Source: Chiloscyllium plagiosum (Eukaryota). From it: DNA of 64,000 nucleotides. This document shows, piece after piece, positions 62,919 to 64,000 of the stretch (within the stretch, counting starts at the first letter, position 1; each line of letters begins with the position of its first letter). Position numbers and translations under genes: made by a program. The notes under the pieces were generated by a model. It searched no databases. It had not been told where the DNA came from and saw only the letters and a program-made list of their open reading frames with translations. The stretch covers positions 65,665,932 to 65,729,931 of the forward strand of contig NC_057722.1 in assembly GCF_004010195.1 (NCBI RefSeq). The letters run 5' to 3'.

Positions 62919-63133
62919 ATGGATTATTGGTTCCTTTTAGTGGTGAATTCGGCTGTTGCCCTGGTATTGTCGAGTAAAGAGCGAGATTGCAAACATTGGG
63001 GTAGGTTTGATTTATTGGGCTTGTCGAAGGATGGAGATATCACGTTTGGTGGAATTTTTGACGTGCATTCTTACCAAGTTGAACATCAGCGCCTCTCATT
63101 CAGCCAACACCCGGAGACAGCAAAATGTCTCAG
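62919..63133 (+). CDS. V2R/OlfC gene E exon 1
   Basis: MDYWFLLVVNSAVALVLSS...GDITFGGIFDVHSY...AKCL. Donor AG|gttagt. 215 bp, paralogous to gene B exon 1. Confidence 0.92.
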
Positions 63134-63713
63134 GTTAGTGGGTGCCATTAGACCTTTCATTTTGTTTAGTAAAATGGAAATCGTCTGCCCTCATGCTGCT
63201 TCACATTCTGAATTAATTTGCGAATTTAAGACTTTTTAAAAAATCGTTAACTTTGTTGTTGTGGTCCATCTCAGAGTGCTTTATAACCAATCAGGTACGT
63301 TTGCAATTCAGTCAATGCTGTAAGATTGATAAAATTGCAATCAGTGCATGCACCGCAATCTGGCACAATCAGTCTTGTCGTCAAAAAAAATCTGTTTAGC
63401 ATTTTGGAATGTGGGATATTTATCGATGAAAGCATTGTGAAAGTTCTCCCGTTCTTTTTTGAAATGCGTCTATTGGATCTGAGAAGGAAGATTGGAGGTT
63501 CTCTTAACATTGTATTTGAAATTGGGCACAATCTTTGATTAACGTCAGCTCAGATTTTGTGCTCAATGTCTGCTTTGGAACATATGTCCAACAACTTCCA
63601 ATTTAGAGACAGTGGTGTTACTACTGAATTATAGCTAATCATAACTTTGTAATGGTTACCTGTTATCGTTGTTTTCTGTGTTTTTTAAAATCTTGTTTCT
63701 TTCCCTTCTGCAG

Positions 63714-64000
63714 CTTTCAATTCAGACCTTTCCGTTGGGCACTGGCGATGATTTTTGCAATCGAGGAAATAAATAACGATACAGCTCTACTTCCCGGTGT
63801 CACACTGGGATACCGCTTGTACGATTCTTGTAAGTTGACGCAATTATCGCTAAAAGCAGCTATGGCGTTTCTGAACAAACCCGAGGCAAACGAACCTTCT
63901 GTTAAGTGCAAAAACTCCTCCACTGTTTCTGCGATTGTTGCTGATTCTGGATCCACGAGGTCTTTAGCAATTGCACCTTCCATCGGTACCTTCAGAATCC
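63714..64000 (+). CDS. V2R/OlfC gene E exon 2 (truncated by the window end)
   Basis: Acceptor cttctgcag|, open frame SFQFRPFRWALAMIFAIEEINNDTALLPGVTLGYRLYDSC...ADSGSTRS...FRI. Confidence 0.93.

Overview
AT-rich vertebrate DNA, very likely from a shark or other elasmobranch (HE1/V-SINE and CR1 repeat content). It holds a + strand tandem cluster of class C GPCR chemoreceptors of the V2R/OlfC (CaSR-like) family. Five loci: A (last exon only, 1-672); B (six exons, 12514-27016, 874 aa if spliced as modelled); C (six exons, 34104-41656, 855 aa); D (fragmented pseudogene, about 50930-53801); E (exons 1-2, from 62919 to the window end). Between them lie tRNA-derived V-SINEs, CR1 and Rex/Babar LINE fragments, Gypsy remnants and solo LTRs, a tRNA-Arg pseudogene, and many Penelope-like elements (PLEs). 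Most notable: (1) gene B looks like a chimera in which an orphan promoter and exon 1 from one deleted gene copy are joined to exons 2-6 of the next copy, which lost its own exon 1; (2) PLE-derived fold-back mini-elements with 11-15 bp target-site duplications carry minimal hammerhead-ribozyme motifs from at least three families; (3) a perfect 146-bp copy of gene C exon 6 sits in its own intron 4 between two 111-bp direct repeats; (4) genes A and B share a TM3 Arg-to-Cys change at the position matching CaSR R680. All alignments were made by eye and no database was searched.
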